DNA of 64,000 nt, from the NCBI GenBank assembly GCA_951406725.2, contig OX597818.1, positions 81,840,001 through 81,904,000 of the forward strand, in the 5' to 3' direction. The stretch is from Octopus vulgaris. Taxonomy: Eukaryota. The position numbers and the translations under genes are program-made. Positions 13,389 through 24,290 of this stretch are shown piece by piece (position 1 is the first letter of the stretch; each line of letters opens with the position of its first letter). Under the pieces are notes generated by a model. That model made no database searches. It was not told where the DNA came from and saw nothing but the letters and a program-made list of their open reading frames with translations.

Positions 13389-13833
13389 TGTATATGTAAA
13401 TATATATAGGTATTTAAGGAGGGATTGAGAGAATAGAAATCGGAAAAAGAGAAGGACTGCTTGATAGAGATAATACATCTTAAGAATGAATGACACGTAT
13501 CTATCTGTCTTCGCAGACAAATTGCATACTTCAACTGAATAAGGCAAGACTGGGCAGGTTGTTAGAGTCTTGCTGGGTTATGAATCATACTTTAAGATTG
13601 ATACCCAGCTTCCCCCCTTCCATCTCTCCTCCATCACGCAGTGGAAGATTCATCAATAGAAATGGATCGAGTTTGACTTGAGGGGCGGCGCACTCACCTG
13701 CGTATGCGTTTATGCGAGTGTGCGTATGTGTATGGATGACCACACTGGCGCGTGTAGGATGTAGTGATGCATGCGTGTGTATGTTCGTATGTACATATAT
13801 GTTTATAGACATACATAATATATGCATATATTT

Positions 13834-13892
<59 letters not shown>

Positions 13893-14078
13893 TATGGTTG
13901 TGTATGTGTGTCTGCGTATGTGTCTGTGTGTTCGTTTGTGTGCTTGTGTGTGTATTTTTGCGTTTAATATGTATCAACAAACATACACATACATATATAT
14001 ATAATGGATTTAGACATAAATACATGGGTTCAGAAATTCTTTCATGAATAGACATTCACATATCTCTTTGTATATCTT

Positions 14079-14115
<37 letters not shown>

Positions 14116-14228
14116 ATATATATGTGTGTGTGTGTGTGTGTGTCTGTCTGTGTACCTATATAGTGCATGTGCATATGTATACGTATGCGTGTGTCTGTGT
14201 ACGTATATGTATATATATATATATATGT

Positions 14229-14278
<50 letters not shown>

Positions 14279-14398
14279 CACGTGTCAGAAAGTATGGTTA
14301 TTAATTCCAGGTGGTTGAATAGACAAGGGAAGGGAAAAGATTAAAAAATACAGAAGATTTGTTAAAACAAATCTATTTTTCCATCTCTTTCCGTGTAT

Positions 14399-14441
<43 letters not shown>

Positions 14442-14453
14442 AATATATATATG

Positions 14454-14494
<41 letters not shown>

Positions 14495-14603
14495 TTATAT
14501 ATATGTATGTATGTATGCAAGTATATCTGTTTGGCTATCCATTTATCTATCTATTTATGTATCTATGTATTTCTGTCTCTCTGTCTACATGCTTCACAAA
14601 CAC

Positions 14604-14692
<89 letters not shown>

Positions 14693-14710
14693 ACTATCTA
14701 TCTATCTATA

Positions 14711-14764
<54 letters not shown>

Positions 14765-14782
14765 ACTATCTATCTATTTATG

Positions 14783-14862
<80 letters not shown>

Positions 14863-15115
14863 TTTATATAGCTACATGCATACGATCATGCATATGCACG
14901 TACACTCAGTCTGACTCATCAAGTAACTGTTAATAACATTCGTAAAATTAGGTATATGCCGGTGTGCCTCTAGAAAATCCGACTTCTGAAGTTTCCAGCA
15001 GGGCAAGTCTTCGAGGAAATCCATACAGAAGAATTATCTTGCACCATGGTGATTCCCAGACGACTGAAACCTATGTAGGAATACTAGAACGCATGAAATT
15101 AATTACGCACCTAGC

Positions 15116-15172
<57 letters not shown>

Positions 15173-15324
15173 ACATATATATATATGTATGTATGTATGT
15201 ATATATGTATGTATATATATATTTACACGCACACATACACTCATATATGTGTGTGTGTATTTATATGTGTATATATATATTGCTATGTACATATATATAC
15301 ATATATAGATACGCATACATATGT

Positions 15325-15371
<47 letters not shown>

Positions 15372-15390
15372 GTGTGTGTGTGTAAAAACA
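11955..15390. repeat. Microsatellite-dense region ((TA)n, (TG)n, (TCTA)n) with short unique islands
   Basis: Directly visible. Confidence 0.9.
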
Positions 15391-15807
15391 TACGCTTGTA
15401 TGCATGTGTCTATTTTTTTATGGATGTATAGTAATCCTAGATAGCCTCGATCAATAATTGAAATATATCTTACAATATTGTTCATTTTAATGTTTATATT
15501 AGATGTTCTGAATCATTTTTCTGCGTGGTGTACTGAAGATCAAATAAATTTATGACGCAATTAGGTATGGAAATGAAAAATATAAAAGAAAAAAACTGCA
15601 ATGTTAAAATATTTCTAAATGTTTTATTAATTTTATTTATTATGAGTAACACGTTTTTCTAGACAATCACACATGAATATATAATTCCAGAGCCTTGAAA
15701 TCCATTTTTAAATATTCACAACACACCGAGATACCTGGGTTTCGTTCTGTATTTGAATTGCCGATTTTGAAAACGAAAAAGTATATCGATATATCCCCAC
15801 ATGCTTC

Positions 15808-16140
15808 GGTGTGGCTGTGTAGTAAGAAGTTTGCTTCCTAACCACATGGTCCCGGGTTCAGTCTCGCCGTATGTGAACTTGGGGAGGTTTATTCTAGTCT
15901 AGCTTTGTGCCGACCAAAACTTTGTTCACTCGACTTGGTAGACGAAAATTCAAAGAAGCCCGTCGTATACATATGTACGTGTCTGTGTGTTTGTGTCCGT
16001 CCGTGTTAGTCTCCCCTACACCGCTTGACAACCAGTGTTGGTGTGTTTATGGCCCGCAATCTTGCGTTTCTGCATAATAGATCAAGAAAATAAATACCGA
16101 ATTACCAAACTACAAAAATATAAATATTGGGTCGATTCGA
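15808..16140 (+). mobile_element. SINE family A
   Basis: gtggctgtgtagtaagaagtttgcttcctaaccacatggtcccgggttcagtc head; aagaagcccgtcgtata; ttgacaaccagtgttggtgtg. Confidence 0.8.
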
Positions 16141-16399
16141 GCGACCGTTAATTTTTCATTTAGTTATTTAATATGGAGAGAAGAAATAATTTTTGGAACC
16201 TTTACCTAATAATAATAATCTGGCAAACGTATGGAATATTTCTAGTATCTCTTAAATCTCCAATCGTCCGGATAATAAATAGATATAGATTGTTCAGTTC
16301 TATATTTAAGAGATGCGGAATTATGTACATTATTCACATTTGACGAATATTTGTCCTCGTCTTGTTTGTTGCTAACACCACGTTTCGACTCATATACCC

Positions 16400-16720
16400 T
16401 TCGAAGAAAACTTTCATATAGGGTAGAAGGACTGTAGACAGTATTGGTTTCATCCTCTCTTTTCTTCATAATTGGAGTAGATAGTATGTTTTGCGGGGTA
16501 GTTGTTGCTTCATAGATTGTTACCGAGCTTGTTCATTTCTTCGTGGTGGGTATCAGGATCGCTGCATCTGCTCGATGTTTTAGGCACTGAGCAATCCCTC
16601 TCTTTACACTGTATGGATGGTGGGAATTGAAGTTAAGGTATCATCTACTAAAGGTCGACTTGCGGCATACGGATGTCCTGAATCCATACTCGGAGCGTGT
16701 ATGCACGTATTAAGGAAATA
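16400..16720 (-). pseudogene. Penelope-like RT thumb/linker fragment (stops and frameshifts)
   Basis: Minus-strand translation FLN..GFRTSVCRKSTFSR*YLNFNSHHPYSVKRGIAQCLKHRA..CSDPDTHHEEMNKLGNNL*SNNYP..VLLPY. This matches the PLE motifs YRKPT..YL.F.S.HP, NGYP and LPY. Confidence 0.8.
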
Positions 16721-16772
16721 TAGGTAAATATTAGATTTATAAGCCCTAAAATATCATTCCATAACTGCCCAC

Positions 16773-16992
16773 GGGCATATGGTATAGCGGTTAAGAGCCC
16801 GGGCTACTAAACCCAAGGTTCCGAGTTCGATTACAGGCAGTGACCTAAATACTACTACTACTAATAATAATAACATCGAAAAATACCTTAGGACATTTCC
16901 CCAAGACATCTGATGAAGGTAGGAGGGTATATCAGTCGAAATGTGTTAACAACAAACAAGATGAGGACAAATATCCGTCAAATGTAAATAAT
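16773..16992 (+). mobile_element. tRNA-headed short element with (TAA)n linker and hammerhead-like 3' tail
   Basis: A box tggtatagcgg (16780-16790), B box gttcgatta (16825-16833), then a tail whose last ~70 bp are inverted at 16329-16400. Confidence 0.7.
16905..16947 (+). ncRNA. Degenerate minimal type I hammerhead ribozyme motif
   Basis: gacat-CTGATGA(16910-16916)-a-ggtag..cagtc-GAAA(16938-16941)-tgtgtt. The inverted copy keeps GAAACGT-G-GTGTT. This copy is probably inactive. Confidence 0.55.
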
Positions 16993-18298
16993 ATAGATAA
17001 TGTAAATAAAGAAACAGATTGAGTTATATAAAAAACTGGCTTGTTATTTGCATTCATCTATTCTTTTATTCATTTATTCGTTTCAGTCATGCATCTGCGG
17101 TCATGTTGGAGCACCATAAGCATGCATATATGTCTCTATGTTATGTGTGTGCATTCTCTCGATTTCCTGTAATGAAGATCGCCTCATGGAATTAGCAGAC
17201 AAAATGGTAATGGTTTTACTCCGGATGATGGTGAGAGATGTGCGCTGGAAGAACCCTCTCCAACACACGGGACTCGCACTTGCGGGTAGCCCTCTCCTCC
17301 TAGATATCGATGAGCAGGGATATCGTCTGGGAGCCGGAAAATTTGATTAAAGATTAAAGTGTGGATGGATACCTGGGTGGTGTGGTATTCCTTCAGGTTG
17401 ACCTGATACTTCTTCGCAATGAGATGTCACAGCTTCAGTGCTCCGATACTACGGGGATGTGAATAGATGTTACAAGAAAGAATCGCAGGAAAGATTCAAA
17501 CCGAGCCCAGCGTCAGGTGAGCTAAGGGTGGACCAGAACGAGATGCACGTATGATACCTAAAGTCACTGTAATCCACATTTGGGAATCCTGCAGTCAAAT
17601 GCAATGGTGGCTGTTTCTGTATGACACTATGGAGGAGATGTCAGTGGACTCTACTCTTTCGACCCTCCCAGTAAAAGTGGACGGGAAAGATGGATAAATG
17701 TGAGTAAGGAGAACGGTAATAAAGAACGTCTGCCAGACCAATTTTACCTTGTTGGGTTTGTTAGGTTTGTTCTCTCTCCCCTCTCTCTGTCTGTCTCTGT
17801 CTTTTTCTTTTTTCTCTGTCTCTGTCTCTCCCTTTCTCTCTCTCTCCCCCTCTCTCTCTATCTCTCTGTCTTCTACTTTGAAGTTACTTCTTTTCGTTCA
17901 GTAGTTTCTTTGATTCTTAATTCTAATTTACAAAGTGACACCAGAGTTAAGAAGATCTAGTCAGTTATCTACACGTTTAACACCTAATCTTCTTTAAAAC
18001 AAAAATATCAACTATGTTTGTGTAGTCCATACACGCTCGCCAACTCTGTATCTTCCCCTCGAATTTCTCTCACTGTTGTTTGCTGAATTTACGGTAGAAG
18101 GAATAAAAATAATAATGAAATTAAGTACAAGTGCACGAATGAAATGCCAATATGAACAAAGGCAACACCAGCAAGTGTAGCTCATTAACAACATGAATAA
18201 GATCATTAATGAAACTAACAATTGAAACAACAACAAAAACGTTAGAAACAGCATCAACGTGAACATTAATGACTGTATCCGACATCAACAACATTAGG

Positions 18299-18625
18299 AG
18301 CACTCCGTCGGTTGCGACGACGTGGGTCCCAGCTGATAGGATCAATGGATCAGCTTGCTCGTGAAATTAACGTGTAAGTGGCTGAGCACTCCACAAACAC
18401 GTGTGTACGTGTGTCCTTAACGTAGTTCTCGGGGAGATTCAGCGTGACACAGTGTGTGACAAGGCTGGCCCTTTGAAATACTGGTACTACTCATTTTTGC
18501 CAGCTGAGTGGACTGGAGAAACGTGAAATAAGGTGTCTTGCTCAAGGACACAACGCGCTGCCGGGAATTCAACTCACGACCTTAAGATCCTGAGCCGAAT
18601 GCCCCTAACCACTAAGCCACGCGCC
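18299..18625 (-). mobile_element. tRNA-derived SINE family C, full length, with 8-bp TSD
   Basis: Minus strand ggcgcgtggcttagtggttagggg..gagttgaattccc head, then tgtgtccttgagcaagacac (CORE/V-domain-like). caacatta at 18289-18296 and 18632-18639. Confidence 0.85.
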
Positions 18626-18664
18626 TTCACTCAACATTAACACACAGGATATTAACATAATCCG

Positions 18665-18855
18665 CAAATTTTGGCACAAGGCCAGCAATTTCGGAGGAGT
18701 AAGTAAATCGATTATATTGACCCCAGCGTTCAACTGTTGCTTATTTTATTGACCCCCGTAAGGATAAAAGGCAAAGTTAACGACTACGACATTTAAGCTC
18801 AGAACGTAAAATCGGAAGAAATGCGGCTAAGTATTTTTTCCGGCATCTCGCCGCC
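18665..18855 (-). mobile_element. SINE family B (non-Tx1 tail)
   Basis: ggcacaaggccagcaattt tail; ggataaaaggcaaagt; head ends at ctcgccgcc. Confidence 0.75.
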
Positions 18856-18889
18856 TTCAACAATATTAATATTAGTTACTTCACTAGAG

Positions 18890-19225
18890 CAGTGCGCTGC
18901 TGAAATCGCTAACATGTCGGAGAAAATGTTTAGCAACATACGTCCGTCTTTACGTTCTGAGTTCAAATTCTGCCGAGGTCGACTTTGCCTTTCATGTTTT
19001 CAGGGTCGATAAATAAGTACCAGTTGAATACTGGGGGTCGCTGTACTCGACTTACCCTTGAAATTGCTGGCTTTGTACCAAAATTTGAAATCAATACTAG
19101 CATTTACATTAGGCCAGTGAGTTGGAAGAATCGTTAGCCTGCCGGAGAAAATGCTTAGTCGCATTTCATCCGTCTTTATGTTCTGAGTTCAAATTCCGTT
19201 CGGTTCGACTTTGCCTTTCAACCCT
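18890..19225 (+). mobile_element. Two tandem SINE family B copies (18890-19092 and 19111-19225)
   Basis: ttctgagttcaaattc..cgactttgcctttca in both. Confidence 0.8.
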
Positions 19226-20345
19226 TGCATGCATTTGTCATTCATGATCTTTTGAAATATCTTAATGCAAAACTACAATACTTTGAGAACATTTGCAGCG
19301 CATGTAAGCACCTGTTTCTATGAAAGCTATAAACATAAATCGGGCAATCCTTTTATATAGTACAATTCACGGTCTTGGTTGAAGAAGTTGCATAAAATTC
19401 TGCTTAGAAAAATACAGGAGCACAACACTGAAAACATGAAACTTAATAAAGCCATTAATATTACGTTAGATAATGCTACAGAGTTAAGAGAATTAGTCGA
19501 AATACATTGAAATTAATGAAATAGAGAACAACATACAAAGATGAAAAAGAACGGAATATTATCCTCAGATACGAATGATGTCGAGGAATGAGATAAATAC
19601 CTATAACTGAGGTAAATGAAAGAAAACATTAAGAGCAGAAATAAGATAATAGGTTTCAATATATAAGCTGTGCCAATAATTAGGTGCTGTTATAATATTC
19701 TCAATTGGAAGCTAAATGAATTAGTAAGAATATACGGTGAAGCAAGAACTACAACAAAGGCATTTAGAATACTGCGGACAAAATTTGAGAATGAGAGAGT
19801 ATATATTGCACCAATACAGGACTTTTTATGTACAGAGAACTGTTGTAAAGTATTCACGGTAGGCCTACGACAAGCTCTCTTAAAAGCTTCAAAGAGTTAC
19901 AAACGTGGACGGGAACAAAGAACTGCTTTATTTACAAGGAAGAAGAGAAATATATAAAACCGTGGTTGAGGAGAAGAGTCACGTGTCTAATGGAAACTAC
20001 TAAATGTACTGAAAATGAGACAACAGAAGATCGTGATAAATTGTCGTTCAGCTAAGCAACACGTGGTCAATACCGAACAAGGGAAGGCACGGTAGAAGTG
20101 TATGATAAAAAACGTTCAGCACCGTTTGAAATCCAATGTCTTCTCAGTAGAGGACATCTTGAACAAAGTCGGATACATTTTGTAAAGATCGAACATGTAA
20201 TGCTTGTGATAAAATTAATAATACTGTTTCTGTCTGTTCTGTTTAGCTGAAAGAATATACATACATACATACATACATACATACATACATACATACATAC
20301 ATACATACATACATACATACATGCATGCATACATACATACACATG

Positions 20346-20408
<63 letters not shown>

Positions 20409-20595
20409 ATGTGTGCGTGTGTGTGTATACGTTTGTGTGTGTGTGTGTATACGTTTGTGTGTGTGTGTGTGTACGTTTGTGTGTGTGTGCGTGCGTGACT
20501 GTATGTGTGTATGCGTTTGTGTTGGTTTTGTGTATATCAAGATTCACACACATTCGCATACACACACACTCACACACACACACATACACATGTAC

Positions 20596-20748
20596 AGGCG
20601 TGGCTGCCTGGTAAGTAGTCTGCTTCACGACTACATGGTTCTGGGTTCAACCTCACTTAGGCTGACCAGAAACTTCTGTGTGGATTTGGTAGACGGTATC
20701 TGAAAGAAGCCCGTGGTATGTATGTATGTATGTATGTATGTATGTATG

Positions 20749-20779
<31 letters not shown>

Positions 20780-21060
20780 GTATAATTGTATGTATCTGTC
20801 TTATGTCTGTGATAACACGCACATACGGGTTCACAAGCGGTCTGCTTTACCATCCACACGGGTTCACAATCAGTCTATGTAACCTCCACAGGGATTCACA
20901 TCCGGTAGTGGTTTATTTACGTTTCTGTAATGTTAGCGATTCAGCAAAAATGTCCGATAGAATGAGAACCACATTTTAAAAAGTGATACTGGGATTTATG
21001 TGTTTATTTACAACCGTTTACGACGGTGCCCCCGCATTACCACACTCTAATGACGGAAAG
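20596..21060 (+). mobile_element. SINE family A with internal (TATG)n
   Basis: ggcgtggctgcctggtaagtagtctgc head; gatttggtagacgg..aagaagcccg; cggtgcccccgcat tail. Confidence 0.75.
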
Positions 21061-21141
21061 AAACAGCATTAGAGCTGTTGGATTGGGAATTATACCAGGA
21101 TCGTAAAAAGATTAAAAGAAATTTTTTAATGTACAAGTATA

Positions 21142-21952
21142 CGAGGTCTGATCAATAAGTATCCGGACTGTTGCCATAGTAACGAAGTTAAAGCGTACAG
21201 AATAAAGCTTTTTACAGCTGTACTTTGAAGGAAGGTATATAACGTGTGATCGACGCATTGAAAATGACAGAGGAAATTTTCATGACGATACCTGCTCACA
21301 GGCCAACGCAAAGTTGCAGAAAGCTATGGATAGAAGTGTATGAGCCTCACACAAGTATACGAGTGGTCCAGATGTTTACAGAATGGTCGAAAAATATCGA
21401 TATTGACGAATGATCTGAAAGACCTGCAACCAGCAGAACTGACAAAAACATCACACATGGGTGTGCAACTGTGAGGGGAAATCGTCGAATCGCCGTCCGT
21501 GAGTTATCAGATGATGTGCAGATCAGTTACGGTTCAGTTCAGTCCATTAATATTGAAAATTTGGGCATGAGACGCTTGTCCGCCAAGTTTGATTCAAAAC
21601 TGCTTTCAGTTGACCAAAATGCCACTCTTATTTCAGTTGCACAAGATCTCTTTGATTGTGTCGAGAACGAGGAAAAACTTTTGCGTAGGCCTCTGAGCTG
21701 ATATCATCAAGCTTTTGCCAAAATTTGATGCAGATTATCTCTCAGCTTTCTCTGACATGGTCAATGCGGCGATCACATGCTACACACCTTCCTTCCAAGC
21801 TCTGTTGTAAACAGATGAAGTGAGCTAGAACGTTAAAACTTAGTGCACATGCACAAAAAATTTTGCGGTCAATCTGTGTCCAGCAGCTTTGGTCTGCATG
21901 CTTTAGCTTCGTTACTATGGCCAAAGTTCGGATGCTTATTGATCAGACGACG
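21142..21952 (+). mobile_element. Foldback mariner derivative, copy 1 (two 5' ends)
   Basis: TA-flanked TIRs cgaggtctgatcaataagtatccggac / gttcggatgcttattgatcagacgacg. HTH remnants TQVYEW..RPATSRT..NRRIAVRELSDDVQISYGSVQSI..LGMRRLSAKF. Confidence 0.9.
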
Positions 21953-22594
21953 TATATGCAAAATGTATTTTTTGAGAATGACAAAAATAAACATACATTA
22001 GGACATGCCAATTCGTAGAGACTTAGAGATTAAGGGATACTTTTTAGATATTACCAACAAAGAGCATTAGGGAATTAGACGTCCTCTGATACATGACAAA
22101 TCCAAAGGGGGACACAATATGTCTCAATGGAATAAAGAAACTGGCCGAATATGAAGGCTTGGCATTAAAAATACGCAGAATTGGGATTTTAAGAATGTCT
22201 AAAATGACAGATGCGTCGTAGATTATCGAATTCGAAATGTAATCAGATACATTACCAAATTACCGTATACTGCATACCTTGACTTTAAAAAATAGCACTG
22301 TTAGATATTACACAAATAACACGATGAATATATTTTTTTATATATGAAATTACGAGACGTTCTTAAGCAACACAGTACTATTCATATCTATGCATCAGTG
22401 AATGCAGGTAATTACACACGGTTATTGACAGGATAATAACAAACTTCTAAATTATAAATATTTCTCTATGATTGAAGTTACGTATATTCTTTTACGTCAA
22501 TGATGATTATGATGATGTTGATGTTGAAACATTCTTCAATAATAAAATAATTTGCAAACCGTTTAATATCATTCTTAATATTCCACTAACACCA

Positions 22595-22597
22595 CCT

Positions 22598-22658
<61 letters not shown>

Positions 22659-22659
22659 C

Positions 22660-22696
<37 letters not shown>

Positions 22697-22756
22697 TTAA
22701 TAATAATAATGATAATAACAACAACAACAACAACAACAATAATAATAATAATAATA

Positions 22757-22809
<53 letters not shown>

Positions 22810-22812
22810 ATG
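22595..22812. repeat. Compound trinucleotide tract (CTA)n(ATA)n(ACA)n(TGA)n
   Basis: Directly visible. Confidence 0.95.
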
Positions 22813-22814
22813 AC

Positions 22815-23440
22815 AATAGAAAAGACAGTTCAGGCAAAACAGATTACTTGAAGTAAATCAGAAGAAACTGTTTCAGGAACTAGATGGGCAAATACACATA
22901 ATGATACCAGATGCAGAGGAAAGCAAGGCATTCTGGAGAGGGATCTGGGACCAACGTGTAGAGCATTATGAGGAAACATAGACTGTGGTTGCATGAAATC
23001 CAAGATAAGTTAAGAACTACAGAATTCCAAGAAGACATAAAGATAGCTACAGAAATGATAAATATGCAGTTATGCAAATTCCCGAAAAGGAAAAGGCCAG
23101 GATCGGATGGGGTCCAAGGGTATTGGATGAAGAAGCTGAGAGGGCTTCATGAAAGGATAGCACAACAGCAATATGAGTGCTTGTTAGACGGCTCAGTACC
23201 CATCTGAATGACAAAGGGAAAGACATTGTTTTGTGCCAAGGATTCTGAAGAAGGAATGTCGCATCCAACTTTAGACCAATAACCTGACTTACGCTCATGT
23301 GGAAAGTAATGTCAGGTGCTTTGAGAGGTGAAGTGTACAGATACTTGGACAGAAAAAATTGGGTTGCTACCCATTGAACAGAAAAGGTGCCGAAAAAAGG
23401 AGCCGAGGAAAGAAGTATCTGTTCTTAATTGATAATATCA
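22815..23440 (+). pseudogene. R4/Dong-clade LINE RT N-terminal fragment
   Basis: RQNRL..NQKKLFQEL, PDAEESKAFWRGIW, RPGSDGVQGYWMKKL, SNFRPIT*LTLMWK and LLPIEQKRC motifs, with frameshifts. Lies next to (TAA)n. Confidence 0.85.
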
Positions 23441-23464
23441 TTCTAAATATTCCACTAAAGGTAC

Positions 23465-23657
23465 AAGACCTGGAATTCTGGGGAGTGGTATAGTTGATCA
23501 CAACAATCTCAGTACTTGACTAGTATTTAATTTATCGATCCCGAAATGAGGAAAGGCAAAGTCGACCGTGGCAGAACTTGAAATCAGAACACGAAGACAG
23601 ACGAAATGCGGCTACAATTTTGCCCGGCGTGCTAACGATTCTGTTGGCTCACCGCCT
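23465..23657 (-). mobile_element. SINE family B
   Basis: tttatcgatcccgaaatgaggaaaggcaaagtcgacc..gcccggcgtgctaacgattc..ctcaccgcc. Confidence 0.8.
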
Positions 23658-23710
23658 TAATATTAATGATGTTAACAACAAAAAAAAACAACAATAACAA
23701 TAATATGGTA

Positions 23711-24290
<580 letters not shown>

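Larger units (their letters stand above)
19430..22330 (+). mobile_element. Old R4/Dong-clade LINE remnant interrupted by microsatellites, SINE A and a mariner derivative
   Basis: RNKIIGFNI*AVPIIRCCYNILNWKLNEL (~19640-19725) resembles the R4 thumb NK..AIN..AVP...Y...I.NW...EL. DMPIRRDLEIK, KKLAEYEGLALKIRRI and KIALLDITQI (22000-22320) resemble the RLE nuclease region. Confidence 0.55.

Noticed and set aside
14951-15100. Stop-free frame VYAGVPLENPTSEV... as an exon
   Set aside because: Weak splice signals, no recognisable protein, and the frame runs into microsatellite.
16773-16845. Functional tRNA gene
   Set aside because: A and B boxes are present, but the acceptor and anticodon stems pair poorly and it continues into a repeat tail. 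It is a tRNA-derived head. The same applies to the SINE A, B and C heads.
22472-22813. Poly-L/I/T/M ORF (also poly-Y/S/F/R ORFs at 29252-29578)
   Set aside because: Trinucleotide microsatellite translations.
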